DNA of 64,000 bases, taken from NCBI GenBank assembly GCA_040954595.2, contig CM082594.2, positions 8,759,612 through 8,823,611 of the forward strand, in the 5' to 3' direction. This stretch comes from Balanoglossus misakiensis (lineage: Eukaryota; Animalia; Hemichordata). Positions within the stretch are counted from its first letter, which is position 1, and each line of letters opens with the position of its first letter. Below, one piece after another: positions 25,626 through 41,699 of this stretch. The notes beneath the pieces were generated by a model, which did not search any database, was not told the origin of the DNA, and saw nothing but the letters and a program-made list of their open reading frames with translations. The position numbers were made by a program, and so were the translations under genes.

Positions 25626-27074
25626 TTGCAAACTGCCGTTGACTCAACACCAACCTCAAATTTCAAAACGGAGACACGTTTTTCCACGCATTATTCATGA
25701 TCCGTAAATATCACTTCCGTTCATTTATATCATCCCCCATTTCACCTCTCGTAACCATGGACTCACTATGACGTAACTCAATGTTACACAAAAAAAGCAA
25801 ATGTCATCATGCACTTTGCGGGTTACAGTCAAAAAGCATCTTTACGTCTGTTTTCATAGACAGTGTTCAACAACGGTCCCCAAATACAATAGACCATGTA
25901 CATGGGTGACCACTTCTGCGAGATCACGGAATACATTTTCACTACGACGAAATGCTCTCACGAGATCATGCGAGCATGAGAGAGTATCTCGAGATTACGC
26001 GATACTTCTTCGCCGCCACGAGATACCATCTCGAGATACCGAGACCAGGTTCTCATACACTTCAATATCGACTGAAAGTACAATCTATTCAAGTTTCCTC
26101 AATTATCTCCCTGAAAAGCAGATTATCTTGAATGCGGCATTGCAATCTGAATACCATCACATCTGCATCGGGTTGCCAGGGGATACCAACTGACCAAGCT
26201 GAAAGTAATTATCTAGTGCATTTTAAAGTACACGTGGATGCTGATGGGTCCCACAATAAACACCTGTGGCGCTACAATCATGCAGTGATTACCGGTAGAC
26301 CGTGAAACCAATTATAGGGGACTTCCAGAGCATTCACCGCATGCAAGTTTCGTTGCTGTTATATACCTGTGTTAGCATCAATAACCTGTTTTATTGATCA
26401 CGTGGTTTTTGAGATGATTGTCAAGTCACAGTCAATCATCAATGCTGCATATCACGCGTGTGAAGTGACGCAGCGAACATCGCGATGGAAAAAATTCTTC
26501 TTTTGATTCATCGTCTTAAGATAATGGTGTTGCCAGATGTTGCACGTATGAGTCGCAATCTGGGAAAATAATTGATTTTTTTATTCAACGCAGAGGCTGA
26601 AGTAAACGTATGTGTTTGAAAATAGAGGTCGAAGGCAAAACGTATGGAAACTAATGTATGATATAAGACAATATCAGAATAATTTTTTTTACCAGAAACA
26701 TATATAGTGTTCACATCAAAATCAATAGAGGGTGGTTCGAAGTCCCGATCCAACTATTTCTGTTGAGTTTATTCGTCATCATCATTATGTTCATTTATAA
26801 ATATCGCAAGGGAAATCGATATGGACTTGTCTAGTTTATAGCGCCATTGTTTATTGCATAGTCGACTATAATCACCGTATCTGGGTTTCTAGGTACTCAT
26901 CCTATTACACTCTTCGCCACTTTATAGTAATAGTATTCATAAATCGTCATTATGTTGACCGTTCTCTCCAATATATCTTAAATCTCAATTTACGAATCGG
27001 TTATGGCAGGCGACCCTTGCCCACTGACTGCTTTTACAAATTCACATTGTAGTACCCGCTTCGTGGACACAACT

Positions 27075-27165
27075 GTTAACACAGAGGTGGCGGCCATTTT
27101 GAATTTCAAATTTGAATATGTGAGAGTTTTGCTCGTCATACAAGATTTTGCACTGGAGACCCCAT
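27075..27165. mobile_element. Probable remnant of a non-autonomous dispersed repeat
   Basis: gttaacacagaggtggcggccattttgaatttcaaat...ttttgcactggagacccc resembles, from memory, abundant marine-invertebrate MITE-like repeats carrying GGCGGCCATTTTG. Termini not found. Confidence 0.35.
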
Positions 27166-30162
27166 TTAATCTAGGCGACTTTGACGACGAAGATAACACC
27201 TTGTTCTTCCTCTGTCTAATTTGATTACCGATATCTAGCAATGTTGTACGTCACACCTGTCACGATAACGTAAATCTGTTTCCGCTTTGTTACCACAGAG
27301 CGCATGCGCTTGTTAGTAATAGTGGGTCACTGAAAGGTCACGGAGGGCTTCGACGTAATGCTCGTGTTCTTTGATTCATCAGTGAAACGTCGATTGAAGC
27401 CCTCAGTTGCACGCACTTTGATTAAGTTAACCACATTCAGAAATACCTTTTACAACTCACAGTACGCTCGTTTAAGGGAAGCTTGTTTGCTTATTGCGTT
27501 GTCCCTCGTTTCCAAATCACTTTTGATTTGATTACAGTGATGGTTGAAATTGACGATCACGTGACACACGCTCCCTATTTCCCCCTCGGATGACGTGTTT
27601 TGATAGGCAGTGTGTTTACCTGCGTTTTGAGTTTAACCTCTCGACCTTGGATGTCGGTGTGTAATGTCACTATAGAAACCCCGTAAAAGGTACTTCAACA
27701 TACGGACGTAGGATGCACTACAACATACGGAGAGAGATTTGCTCGCGGCATCCACTGGTGTACGCTCACATCAGCGTGTATCAACGATATGGATTGTAGT
27801 TAACCGATATTCCCGAAGTGTGAGCATGAACTTGAGACCTGATTTTTCATAGCCTAAGGATTCGCACAGCACTGTTAATGAAATTCTAGAAAAAAACAAT
27901 CTTTTAACAGGATTGGTTTGTTCGTGTGTTTTTTTTTCTGCTCGGTGATGTTTCCTGTCATGACAGTGTTGTAAATTTAAGAGTTTGAGCCGCGGTCCTT
28001 TGAACTCAGATCTCAGGAATCAAAACGCATATTTCAGCTCACGGTACATCGAATCAAGGATTACGGGGTAATCTGTTTGTCAACCGGTTAAATCTCCAGT
28101 CCACGTAACATATCGAATTATTTTTCACCGCAACGTCATCAAAAACAGTCTCTCCAGAAACTTCTTGTGGAAAAAGCTATACAGGCAGTCTGGAACCGGA
28201 AAGCCAGAGAAGTTTTTAATGCGAGTTTCATACCAGGATTGCTGTTGCATGTCAGCCTCGCAAAATATCAGCCACGTCTTTTCTTGTTTGACAGACTGTC
28301 GCTGAGTGTTTGTTTTCGATGGCGCAATATTCGCATGACAGGAAATTGTCGACAAGTCTGTTAAAACCAGACAGAGCCCTAAGTCTTTCTGACAGCGTGG
28401 AATAAAATTTAACACACAATGACGCACATTTAGCACCATTCATGGACGATTTAGCTCATCTATACAGACATGATGGCATATTCTCCTGTCGTGACGTCAT
28501 TGGCGAGGAGAGATTCTTCCTTGGCAGTGGTGAGACGCCCCGTCAGGTGTATTCCATAACTCTTCATTGGTTTCAACTGAGTTCGATCCTTCTAGTACAG
28601 ATGAACGAATCCATACAATGCCACAATAACACAATTCAGTAGTTAATGTGAATGAGCATTTAAATGTTTAGTTGAAATTTTATACGCTACAATTGACAAC
28701 GTCGGCGAAGCTGCGTGGCCTTGAAAGGCAAGCCGACAGTCGATTCCAAGACCGCTGTTACTGCCCTAAAAATTCAAAAAGACTAGTTTGAAATGTCCAT
28801 TAATTTAGTAATATCGGGTGGCTTCGATTTTTTCCGTACCGCGTCTCGTCTTTCACGCGTAGTTTCTTTTATGCGGCGTGCATAGCACATCCTGCGAAGT
28901 TATCAAACTTTCATGTTTTCGGTTACCGTCAACCTAAGCTTTTATTCCAAACGCAACACACCTCAGCGAAAATGTCAGTTGAGTAAAGAGGCCGTCCTCA
29001 AACGCGCATTAATGTTTGCTGGCTTTACATCACCCACGTAGTCCAGGAACATCCTTCTAGTGTCTGCTGTTGCAAAAACACCCATTTCGCCTGAAGGTAT
29101 AGATTTCACCGGTCACATACAGGGCGTAGCCTGGGTTACTTCGTTAGATTAACATTGTAGACAATGGATGGGAAAGCTACAAGTCATGCCATATGACGAC
29201 TAATTGTAATAAGTAGGACACTTGCACATCTCTTTGCTAGCAACATCTGCCACCAAAAGTATACCACACATATTCCACAAAGTGACTGAATTAGAAAGAG
29301 TGTCAATTTAAACATTCAATCCTAACCTAATTATATATGAATATGGCGCACCACACTTCCTAGATAATCGTGACAATTTAAACTTGCTCTATATAGCCTA
29401 TAAGAGCTCAGCTACCAGTAGACTAATAGAATGGTATAATTCAATAGTGCGGTTCCACATACAAGGCTTTTTCCAACGATCATACGGCACCGGCATAATG
29501 TTGGCAATTACTTACAGAAGACGGGACCTTTCCTACGGGCAACGATGGCAACAAATTGGGCCAATTGAAGCCAATTTCATGTGGAGTCCCGGCGGTACAT
29601 TCACTGATCTGGATCGACCCGGGGTACAAAGTACAGTCTGATGAAATGGAAAAATAACACAGTCCAAATTTCAAATAGCGCGAGTAGAAATAGAGCGTAC
29701 ACAAATCTAATTATAGTATCAAGTTTTCAATGTACGTCATGTTTTAGCTTTTTTGGTCACGTGTCTGAATTTTAACCTGGTGTCTGTAAAAAGTTATCGC
29801 ATACAGAGAATTCGGACCGGCGTACATCCGGGATCCCTCGAGATGGATGAGTATACCTGGTTAAACTTTGAGTAAGCATATGACATTTCAAGCGATTTCC
29901 CTAAAATATTCAAAAGTTTGCAATGCAATACAACCGACTCTGTAAAATGATCCTTTGAAAATACATTATGTATAGTACCTTGCCCCGGAAAAGACGATCT
30001 TCCGAACATGTTTTGGAGCTTTTGATCTATAAAGTTCCTGATACGTGTCTGATGGTACATGCTTCGTGCATTAGGATAACACATTTCAGCTTAATAAGCT
30101 TGTGTTTTCCTTGATTACCATCAGACATATTCACCTGCACTGTATACATACACTACTTTGAA

Positions 30163-30176
30163 CCCCCCCCCCCCCC
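30163..30176. repeat. Poly-C tract (C14)
   Basis: Seen directly. Confidence 0.85.
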
Positions 30177-33100
30177 ACTTGTTTGTTAGATAGTCCATCT
30201 ACATCCACCGCAGGGCCAAGTCATGGATTGATACTCCCCACACATATAATTAGCTCGTTTACGCCACTCATACACTATACATAACCTTTAGAATGACGTC
30301 AAGTTGATCAAAATCTATTATCATTCTGGGATACGCTAATCTCACGACACAGAATTACCAGAAGCAATTCTATTCAAGTTCTATAATTTACCACTGGCTC
30401 TTTCTCTGTTGAATTAATTGAACTTATCTTTCTCTCCGATTGTTAAAGCCCACTTTCTCGGAATTGGTTCGGACGCTTTATTATTTATGCCTAGTTTTTT
30501 TTCTTTATAAAATGGAATTTATTGTTGTCATCCAACGACAGTCGTCAAATACTTCACACACACATGTCTGATAACTCGAAGCAATCGATAACACAGGGAG
30601 GTTTAGGGTGTGATTATAAACTATAATTGCAGGACACCAAAGTAGCAACAGAGAACATTCTGACTATGTGCGTTTGCATGATGATAAACTGCAACCAAAT
30701 AGCTTAGCAAGATATTAGCTGGACAGGGTTCTAACTCAGTAATTCCTAAAGATCAATTACGTATTAAGTATCCACAGAGGTCCGCATTCCTCGGGATTAA
30801 CGGAAACTCCAATACTAAAACAAATGGGATAAAAATAGCGAGGTGTATCTGAGCACGGGAATTTCAAGTAGAAAATTCGACTTGTGGAAGTCAGAAATTT
30901 TGATTCCTTGTAGCTCTCTCAGTTTTACTCTGAGTGGCATCAGATCTAGGGAATGTGAATTGCCATTGGAATAATTATCTCCATAACAAGCCTGTATGAC
31001 ACACAACAATGCCGATTGATGAGCACGCTCCCTTTCCACTCCAGGGATCAAAATACAAGATTGGCTATCACCCGTGCTGAACTGTGATTAAGAGCTGCTC
31101 ACGTTGCAAACTGTTGATTGTACGTCCTGGATTCGTGGCTGCCATATGACGCGAGGATGATCTTGCTCTGAATGACAAGTGTTATTGATTCAAACGCGAT
31201 CCACACAGACTGGGTTGTATTGTAATTTTTCACTGCATTGTGTGTTTCTGAAACCATGTACGAAAATACATATCATATCGTGAATTTTACTTTCATGTTG
31301 TTGCGCTTTGCACAGTAAACACATTCACTGTTAGGGTTTTGCTAATGAATACGATCAAACTGTACACGCAGCAAAATACACGTATGCCGCTTCGTGTCCC
31401 ACTGACCCTTTTTGATGATCATAATTTGCATATCACTTTTGGATAAATCATAATTCACTTATCAAAGGTCGATTGTATCAACGAAATAACGTGAATCACA
31501 CCCACCCATATTCCAGAATATGGGGCGCACAGACATACAGAAATCGGTAAAACCTCAGATCATCTAGAAGCTACAACGTCAATGGAGCACATGCAAAACT
31601 CAAGGCCCACACAATCTTTAACAATATGCATCACAGATCAGCACATGAAATATTACAATTTTCCTTGAGGGTAATGAGGGGTTTCGTTGGATTTTCATGT
31701 GCATACATCTTTGATGCCGCAGAAGACTGCACCCCAGGGAATTCAAGTTATCCTTCGAAATTGCAGATGACTATCCCGAGGCGGAGATTTATGCTCGTAC
31801 ATGATGACGAGGCGTTCATGTTTCATATCTGTCGCTAGAAGCAGAGGTGTGTTTCTGATGGGCGACAACATCATAAATACTTGATTTGGCTTATCAACTG
31901 TCTTCAGATACATATTATATTCCATCAACTGAGTGCAGTATGAAACTTTGAGAGTGAATGACAACATTTACATGGAATCCTAGATCTAATATTAATGATT
32001 AAAGTATAGATGTGCATAATTTTGCTCCCACGAGTATATCAAATAGAGCAATCCACGTTCCTGCCAAAATGATGGGCTCTCTTGTTAGGGAAAATGACCT
32101 TGAACCATGTAACTGTTAGCAGTTGGTGCCTGCTTTTACACTGATGCATATAGGCAGATAAGTCAATCAGATAACACATTTTTCCACATGCCGAAGATCG
32201 GTCAGCCTGCGTTTTCGTGCAGAGCGAACAGGAGTCTCTAGAGATAAGAAAGACATCACGCTATTCATTTTTTCTCTTTACCCAATAAACCGAGAAAGTA
32301 ATTTATCTCATCCAATAGATGGTGATCGTGTTATCGTTAAAACCTTGTCGCCGTTCGACTGTTAGCAAAAAGGTCGTTTTCAAATAAATTGGTCAATATT
32401 CCGAAATCTCTCACTAATGGACTTCATGATAATACGACGAACAGGACGTTATCACACGCAGGAAGTGTATAGCTGTGTTTTGCAGATCGATGGGAGATTT
32501 ATGTTACATGACATATATAAAATTACCTGGACGTATTCAGCTAAAACTCCAGTCACAGCTTGCCTGGATCTGAGATGTTTATACAAAATCTGCACGTATG
32601 GCGTATTCAAAACGCTTTTAAGATAGACGGAGGCATAGAATGAACATTTGCTTGTTTAGCCAGCAGTATACATGGTATAAGCAGTTTGAAAGAAGTCTCA
32701 CAAAGCCTTTACTTTGTGAGGATGTTCAGCGCTTCAAAGAAGAATTTCTAGTACTTGCAGGGTACTCTTTTCTATATACTCTGGTTTTAGTCTGAAAGCT
32801 AACTCCACCGTGATGTGTTTGAAACATCTCTTTCAAGACTCCTTCTACAAGAAGAAAATGTCAATACTACACGCAGAGTCACACTAAAAGGGTTGTATTG
32901 TTTAGAGTTGATACTGCACCTCAGAAAGTGATGGACTGTATTTGATTTCTAAATGACATCTGACTTTCTTGAACCAGGGGTCTAATGGAATATTTATTGC
33001 AAAATGTAGAGCGTTTATATTTATATTAGCGTTAATAACCATGATAATCTAAACCACGAGAGATAAACGAACTCATTTTATCGCGTGTCAACTACATTTG

Positions 33101-36100
33101 CGTCATTTCAACTCAACTCGCTGGCTGCAATTTTGATCGAAATTGAACGCCCCCGCTACGCCGAACTGTCATGTCTCCAGATACTGATGGGAACCCACAG
33201 CCTTGTCACACGAACACTGAAATATGTCTTGCTCTTCGACATCTAACGCGGCTCCTTAAGTCATATGCTCGACACGATAAAGTCAAATAGACAGCACCCC
33301 ACCCCGAGATCATTCAAAGAGCAGGAACGATTTACAACATCAGACTGCAAAACGGTATCACGTCAGTGTTTTTTCTCTCACTCTAACGTAAAAGATGAAC
33401 AATTAGGGAAAAAATAACTACAGCTGCGTTATATTGTTAACGAATACCGTAGAAAGTTATGAGCGACTGTTTCCTTCCTTGAATCGGAGCGTCTACTTTA
33501 TCACAAACTGATATACAAACCTAAGTGATTAAAACTGCTCGTAAACTGAGAAATAAGCTTACCTCAAGAGTGCCGTAAAATGGCATGGATTTCCCCTAAA
33601 ACATACTATCCGAAACATAAACTACACTATGCACGCATTTCCTTAATGACGAAACCTTTGAATCACACTGTATGTGAATTTCAGAGGAGTATCAATTATT
33701 ATGGCAGCTTAAACAATCCCAATACGTACTACACTTACAATACACACCTGCCCTCGCGATAGCGCAATAAATCTCTATGGCACTTTTATCAAGATAAATC
33801 GCCATCCAGTCTCAGAAAAGATGGATGTAGTAGTATTCTATGAAGTTTGTTTGTTAATTCGCTAGGGGTTTCTCCAAGTCTTTCATAATGACCAAATAAC
33901 ATAAATTTAAAATAACATGACTAAATAATTTATCTGATAAGACTTACAATAATACGCTTAAGCTTGGTGATAATTGTATTATTCCAGATATAGACCATTC
34001 GAGAGCTATAACAATATTTTCTTATGCACGACCCTATTGAGGCTATCTCTAGAAATTGTATATTAATATTTGATTATCGTGATCAGCACAATGCCAGATC
34101 TATAAGTCGTTGTGCCGATGTAAAACGTCTTGTTCACTGTGAAAGGTCAGCAGTCCACCATAAATAACTCGCTCTGTGGTTTTGCACAGGGATCATACAT
34201 TTGCTTCTAGAATCGGTTTCTTGAGTTTCTGCTTGAGTCCCCGGCAATACTTTATTCCCTTTTGGCGCTCAATCATTTCTACTTGCTAAAAGTGTACTTG
34301 GATATAGTTATCATGTTGTCGTATCTCTATTTCAGACTAAACTATATTTATTTCCTACATTATATTCGAACTATCTGTGGTGAAACACGAGAATGAGAGA
34401 GAACTATCAGATGGTGCAAGGGTGTTCGTTCCCCTATCTGGACAGGACGATCTACCTCAAAGCATTACGACATAATTGTTGGTTCACGTCGTTTATTCAA
34501 CGCACATACTCGTGGTCGGTGGTCACTCAGAATTAGAAGTCTCCTACTATCTCCACGAAGCACTCCTGGGACAACTTTTGAAATATATGGCTAGACAGAA
34601 AAAGCCATGTCGAGTTGGAAGCTGATCACTATTAAATTACTGGGCGGAGAGGTCAATGAGCACAGAGTTCTACCGTATGCATGATGCCATTAAATTATTT
34701 TTATGAAGGTTATCCTATTTCAAATAATCCTAAAAACGTTATCGCTCCATGCGATGAAAGCTATTTAGTTTCCGGCACGAGGAAACACTCAGGATGTTTC
34801 TTTTGTTGCAGCTTTTAAGCATCAAATATCCACTTGCTATGAGAGCTTGCAGTTTTGGCTGAACGCAAGTTATATTATCACATACTTTAAAATTAATGCG
34901 CATGCATTGGTGCATTATAACGGAACGTTGCTACAATTTGCCATTTTAAATCTGTAATGTTTGGCCATACATGGTGTAACCGGGTTGCAACACGCATGCG
35001 AGCACAACTCAACATTATTGGAGATGTTCACCCCGAAATCTTAAAGATTGTCCGGTCAACAACCGCCTGTGAAATTGTACCATCTAACTGGGGCGCCTGG
35101 CCCTTGTAGGGACGGCGATATGACTCAGTGGTTTACCCGCTGTTTGCTCTGCTAAGCGCTGTTGCCTTGGGCACTAGTTCGAACGAAAACACATACATGT
35201 AGTGATGTACCGGAAATAAAATATACCGACAGTAGTGAAATGGAAATAGAACCGTTGGCAAATTTGTCCGAGTGACGTAGCAGCCGACACTTGCATGCTA
35301 CAAACAACACTGACTCTAAAAATACACTAAATTCGATCACCGGAGGGCATAATGGTCTGAAAGGCACTAAATAATCATGTCCGAGGTTCTAACGACTCGT
35401 TTGTGTTTATTTCAAAGTAAATTATTTCCCTTTTCCGAGTGCGATAGATTCCTGCACAATGGCTTGGCAAGTCAAAAGGTCATAGGTCACGGAGCATGTT
35501 AACCACAGGTATGTCAGGATAATTGCACAGGAATTTGATTCAGAGAAAAAGTTACGTTTGTACAAACGAAGTATTGTATCGCGGTTCAAAAAATCGTGCC
35601 GAAATTACTAGTGATGAGCGACGTACAGTAATAATAACAAAATCACAAATTTAAGCGTTGTTTGGGACGGGAAATCTTTCCAATGTTATATCTGGACCGT
35701 CATCTGGACATTTCCTTGTACAGATGCTCCATTGAAAAAGTTTCTTTTCTATGTACACTATGTAAGTCCCTTTATGTCGTACAATTTGACGAATGGACCA
35801 TATGTGCCGAGTAAGTATTGTACAAAATACAACATTGTTTGAAGTACGCTCTCACGACATCATATCATATAGCTAGTAACATTCAAAAATATGATAGTGC
35901 CGCGATATTACTTGATACAATTGGAAACATCTAAGTGTGCCATTTAGCACTGTTCATCACGTACTTTTCTTTTTACTTTTACCGACAAATACTTCCTTTT
36001 TGGGCCGTATTAAACCAGTATTCCCGAGAAGATATGATTATAAATGTACTTAATCTTTCAGCTGAACAAAAGCTGTTTCCGAAAAAAATGATTCTGTGCA

Positions 36101-39100
36101 TTTATCAAAGCAGAGCTGAAACATCGACAATTTACGTTTCTGGTTGGAACAAAGAATGTCTTCGTGGAATGAAGTGCAAGTGTGTCAAAGTTCAAATCAT
36201 TCTTTGTTGTATTTTCGCACATCCAAACTTTCGTTTCGGGGATGGGTGGGGGTTGAGGTCATACGCAATTACTTTAGTCGCATTTGTCCCCTTGGGCGGC
36301 CATGGCAACAAATGAAAAATCTCCTCGTCCTAGTTTCCCTTGTATTTCACAAATCCTTTCTGATTGTCTACTATGCATATACACGAGATGATACTGACGC
36401 CTTTTTCGTAGGTATATAGGGCCTTGGGCATCAATATCGAACAACAATCACTTCATTCTTCGGTTGAAGTCTTCTATTGCTAATATATCAGTGTCATGCA
36501 TCTCGCCAACAAAATACTCGATCATGTAACATCAACCCAAGCGAAAATGATAGCAGTCTTCGGGGAATATTTGAATATAAGATTGCCATCGCATACACCC
36601 AGGATCTGATAACTCAATGCATGAGAACGGGAACACAAATCTCGTATGAGAACGGCGTTACATACTTCTCAGAAATGTTATATGAGAGTCGACTCATCTA
36701 GATTCAAGGCAGCCAATATAAGATGTCAAGAACCAATGTATTGGAAATAATGACACGACCACAATCGCAAGGGCATAACATGGCACTGGGCATATCGCAA
36801 ACATGTTTCGTAGCTTTAAAACTGATTGAAAAAATTACTCAAAATTGTTCATAACTGTTCCATGCCTGCCTGCCTTTAATATTCTCACTGCTCACCACGC
36901 CTTTCCGTATATTACCTCCGGCTAATAAACTTGCAATGCTTATGTATGCCGCGAGTCAGGATTGAAACCTGACATTTTGTAAAGGTCAGAGATTGGTTCG
37001 CATCAAGCTGTCAAATTCAGACCGTGTATAGACGTAGAAAACTACGTGATAAAAATTGCTAGAAAGCAGCATATTGAACGCACTGTCAACTCGTGACGTT
37101 ATCTCAACTTCCATCATAGTTAGACATTTCTTTTTGAATCCGACCCTGTTTACTACGGTCCTGATGTTGACAGACCAGTATATGCCTGTGACCATGGGAT
37201 AAGGATGGCTGACGTACATGAATGACGTCACCACAATGTTTAATTATGTTTGTTTTCAACCGGAATAATACTTTCCTAAACAAGGTGCTAAGCAAATGTA
37301 CCTAGTCTACACGCCACAGGACACTGGCGTTGCTATCAATAGTAACTGTTGCTTATATTTTTCGATTATAACGACTATGCTAGTTTGTCTGTCGTACTCG
37401 ACTGCAAAACTTAATAGTTTTCGTTCGTAAGACCACAGTTTGGTTTTATGGCGTAAACCAACATCGACATGCCAGATTGCATACTACATGTAAAATTATT
37501 AATAAGATCCGTGTGAAACCACCCGTAAACATAACAGCCGCAAATGCAAATGTGAAAGCATTTCAATTACGTGCATGCAAATTCTTATCGCATATTTCAA
37601 ATCATAAATACGATAGGCATAGATTACGATATCCTGCCATAAATTATTGAACTGGCAAAGCAGCGAATTAGACACGTTTTATAGAAACTGCTTGCAAAGC
37701 AAAGTAAGCCCAGGTGATTGGCAGATTGAATGTATGCCACAAGACACTTTACGGTAGAAAGCCTCCATGAGTTGATAGATGCAGTGTTAATTGTATAAGA
37801 GGTTTCATATCATTCCAAATCAAACAGAAATTTAAAGTGGCCACTGTCAGTCCTTATTGTTCATTGGTAAAGCATCTCTGGGCGCAAACGAGATGCATAA
37901 ATTCTTTGAACTGTTCAGTCAGTGCCGATCCAGCAATCATGCTTTCCCACAGGAAAGGGCAAAATTTATGAGCTTCTAGAAATAAAACTACTTGGGGGAA
38001 TTGACCACCGTTGGGAATCGCCTTGCAACGTGCTGTCTTTAACAGCAGAATGGCAATGATTCATTGTGAGTGCAATCTTCAAACGAGATTAATGGCGGTA
38101 AACATCCCCGGGAACAGCCAGATACAACCGGCATAGTTAAGTGAATAGACGTCTGGTCTTTTCGGTTCTGAAAACATTTTTTTCTCTCCGCAAAGTAACT
38201 GTAAATGCGATATTTTTTATTCAGAAATTTCGGTCAGTACGCTGACTAGAGTTTTAGTTTCATTCCCAATGCATGTCAAACCACCCAGTATCCAGCTAGC
38301 TCTGTACACATGTAACATTTAGCTCTTGTTAATAATTTAACCACTGACTGAAAAATACCTATGTCATCACTAATAAGGCTGGTTAAATTATGCAGGCTGT
38401 GTTGCAAGTCGCATACTTGGCATTTCAACGGCTGCATGGAGTTAAACAAGAAACTATAGTTGATAAAAGACGTCAGTTACTGAATCAGACTCTTTCGTGT
38501 ACAATTCAGTGGTGGCTCAGTGAAAGAGAACGACCACAGGGGCACACGTGATGAATCAATGAAGAACATCCAAAGAACAAGATGAACGTGCTAAACACTT
38601 GAGTCAAAGCATGCAACGGTATTCCTTGCTTAACACTGCTCCAAGAAAAAGTGTCTAACAATTGTTAACAGTTCCACGAATCTGTCACAGTTCTCAGCAA
38701 ACTTCATAGCGATGTCATCTTTCACAATTCATGGCTGGGTGTAGGAAGTTTATGAAAGGGCGGCCATATTGTAGGTCTCATCTAGTAATGGGAGGGCGCT
38801 TCTGGTCTTACACCTTCAGTCACCATATGTCATGTCTGTGTGCTTTGGGCCTAGAGTGAAATCACTGCGAACTCGACTGTGATACACGCCGCAAATGAAT
38901 GTCTGAAATACTCGAGTTCGTTTTTCATAAGACAGACCGTACGGTTTCACTCTCGCTTTCTACTAGTATTCTGTGTCCAGAAAGTTGGCCATAACTTACA
39001 AAATTTGCTCACCGCACAAACATGTACGTCGATTTGTATAAAATCGTTAGGAATTAATAGCGGTAGTTCTTGATTGGTCATATAAAAACAGGATATATAT

Positions 39101-40796
39101 TGACTTAACAATAGCATGCGAATGGAGACCATTTGCATTAAGTATTAGTTGACGCTCTCAATAAATATGACTACACGACTGACATCTGAAAGGCAATTTG
39201 GTAAGCGGGGTCATCAAAAGGTCACGGGAATCTCGAAGGCTATATTCAGTCATTAGACACGAAGAATAAACACCGTTTTTACACGAACTGAAATGTGACA
39301 CATTATTTTGTGCGCGGCTTTGTGTTTCAGCAGTATCATCGCGGTAGATAAAAACACATATGATTCATCACATCCCGGGATTCTGAGAATCGACCTGTCT
39401 CTGATGCTCATTGCGGCAAATAAAACACGTTAGAATTTATAATTACGATTTCTGACGTTGCCTGGTAACAGGTACAAAGCATTCCAGCTTCCCTGCGTAA
39501 CATGGTGATGGTGCCACCCGCTTGAAATGCTATGCTGTAAGGATCATCAATAAGCACGCTCATCCGGGATTTTAAATTCATTAAAAGTATACTGGGTACC
39601 CCCCATTTTATGTCCTGCCGATTCTGTGATGTTAAGGCCTACATTATGTTTAGATTCCACGACATATTATTTTTGGAACTGACAAAAGACCTTTCAGTCG
39701 CATTTTGGATTTCCACATGCTCATAATATATATCCTAGGTCTCAGTGGAATGTGCTGCCGCGGCACAGAGGCACGCTCGGCGAAGGATTAATTGCAAAAT
39801 CTCGGCTAATTATGAGGCCAGCTGAGATAGCGGCTATGTTGTGACGTCAGCAATATACCAAAGACAACAGCGTGTGAAGCAGCACGGAAAAGGGCTTAGG
39901 AGTTTTTATACCATAATAGGGAATACAGTTTAGGGCATGCGCAGGTGCATGAAGTGGAATATTGCAACAGGTTTTGCAGATATTACCAGTCGATCTCTGG
40001 TACACAGGACAGGGACGGGACGCGTCACCCTGTAACACATAATAATCCGAAACATGTTCTGAATCCATGTCGGCGAACTCAATGTTTCACATTTGATATT
40101 ATGAAAATGGAACCGTCTGCTGAAATGTTTTTAACTACTAATGTAATTATATATTTAACTATTTATTTGCTTCTGTCGTTCCGTATGGTATGGGGAAGTG
40201 AAATCCCAGTTAACGAATGAAGATAGACAAACAATCAATGCTGTTTCAAGTGCGAATGTTTCGATGAGGTAGGCTACAAAGCAAACATTTCAAACATCGT
40301 ACAACATACTTTGCAGTGTTCCTGAGGTAAATATAAGTACATTTTGAACTCAGTGAGTACGAGATTAATTTGTCAAGTATGTGTTTTATGTCGTGTTGAT
40401 GTTTGATAGGATGTCCGACTGCACTGTGGGGTCCAGGATTTGAGCGTGTTTTGTGTCATGTTTTCAATCTGCAGGATGTTATCTCTCTTTTACAAACGAG
40501 GATAAACAGATTAATTTGGCGTCTGTATATCTATCTCTTATTATACGTGAAATCTTTTGGCCCGTAAAATATAGTTTAGAATTTTGATACCCTTAGATTT
40601 TGTTGGGAATCACATGATGACAATTCCGCATATTGAATATTCTAGGAAGATATTTGTCATTATTTTAGTGTAACAATAGAGCAAGCTTATCGAAATGATG
40701 GACATCATAATACATCGCTTCATAGCCGTCATAATTTGTTGGACATTTCAGGCAGAAGTTCGGTTTAGGAGAGATAGAGACCCTCGCACGCAATTC

Positions 40797-40839
40797 AACC
40801 AAAGTCGTCACAGCTATTTAACCAAAAGTCGTCACAGCT
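40797..40839. repeat. Small tandem duplication (~23 bp x2)
   Basis: aaccaaagtcgtcacagct attt aaccaaaagtcgtcacagct. Confidence 0.85.
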
Positions 40840-41699
40840 CAGTGTTGATGAAAAGAACGCATTATTTCGCGTGTCCCATTTTCCACGCATGATGACACGC
40901 AATGAATGCGCGTGAGAATACCCCCACCAATGACGTCACAAATCTATAGAACTGACCGGTTTGGATGATAAATGTGACCCGAACGACGTCACACTGCGTT
41001 TCACACGAGGCATTCGGTGTATGCAACTTTCTCGCATCTGACGATGAAAACTAAACCCGTGTATCTACAGTATGGTAAGCGTATCTGGATGCGTTCCATC
41101 TGCGTCGCTATACAAACGCACGCAAAACGCTTATATATTCTTACAAATCATCCAGCGGCAACAATTTCATTTCACAAACTTTTACAGCGTATGAATTCGC
41201 CTTTGTCGGCAGATTCTATATTGCGGACATTTTATATTCCTTAAACAATAACCTGCGTTTGCGTTACTACCGCTGATATCGATTTTGATGTAACTTACCG
41301 CAGTGGGAGCTTTAATGCAAGCGCGTTTCTCTCAGTTTTAATATAATGAGAATATTGGGTTATGCATTAAGAGGCGGAAATATTAATATTTGATTTGACC
41401 ATGTCAGCCACAGTGAATATTGCCAAGTTCTCTGACATTGTCAGCCGTATATAGGGGCCCAATTGTAGTAAGTTGCACTCAGACAGTTACTATGAAAAAT
41501 CACCACACAGTTTACAAGCATGTGCGGTTCGTCTATAGACTATACACGCTAGGGGTTTACCACCAGAAAGTAGGCAGTTAGAGAAACCAATGTCGGAAGA
41601 TTGATGACTGCACTGTACCTGTTATTCCTTCGTACTTGCCACTATCCCTCGGTACCAGGGTTGTACTTGACTATCGCTCGTTGAGATGACACGTATCCT

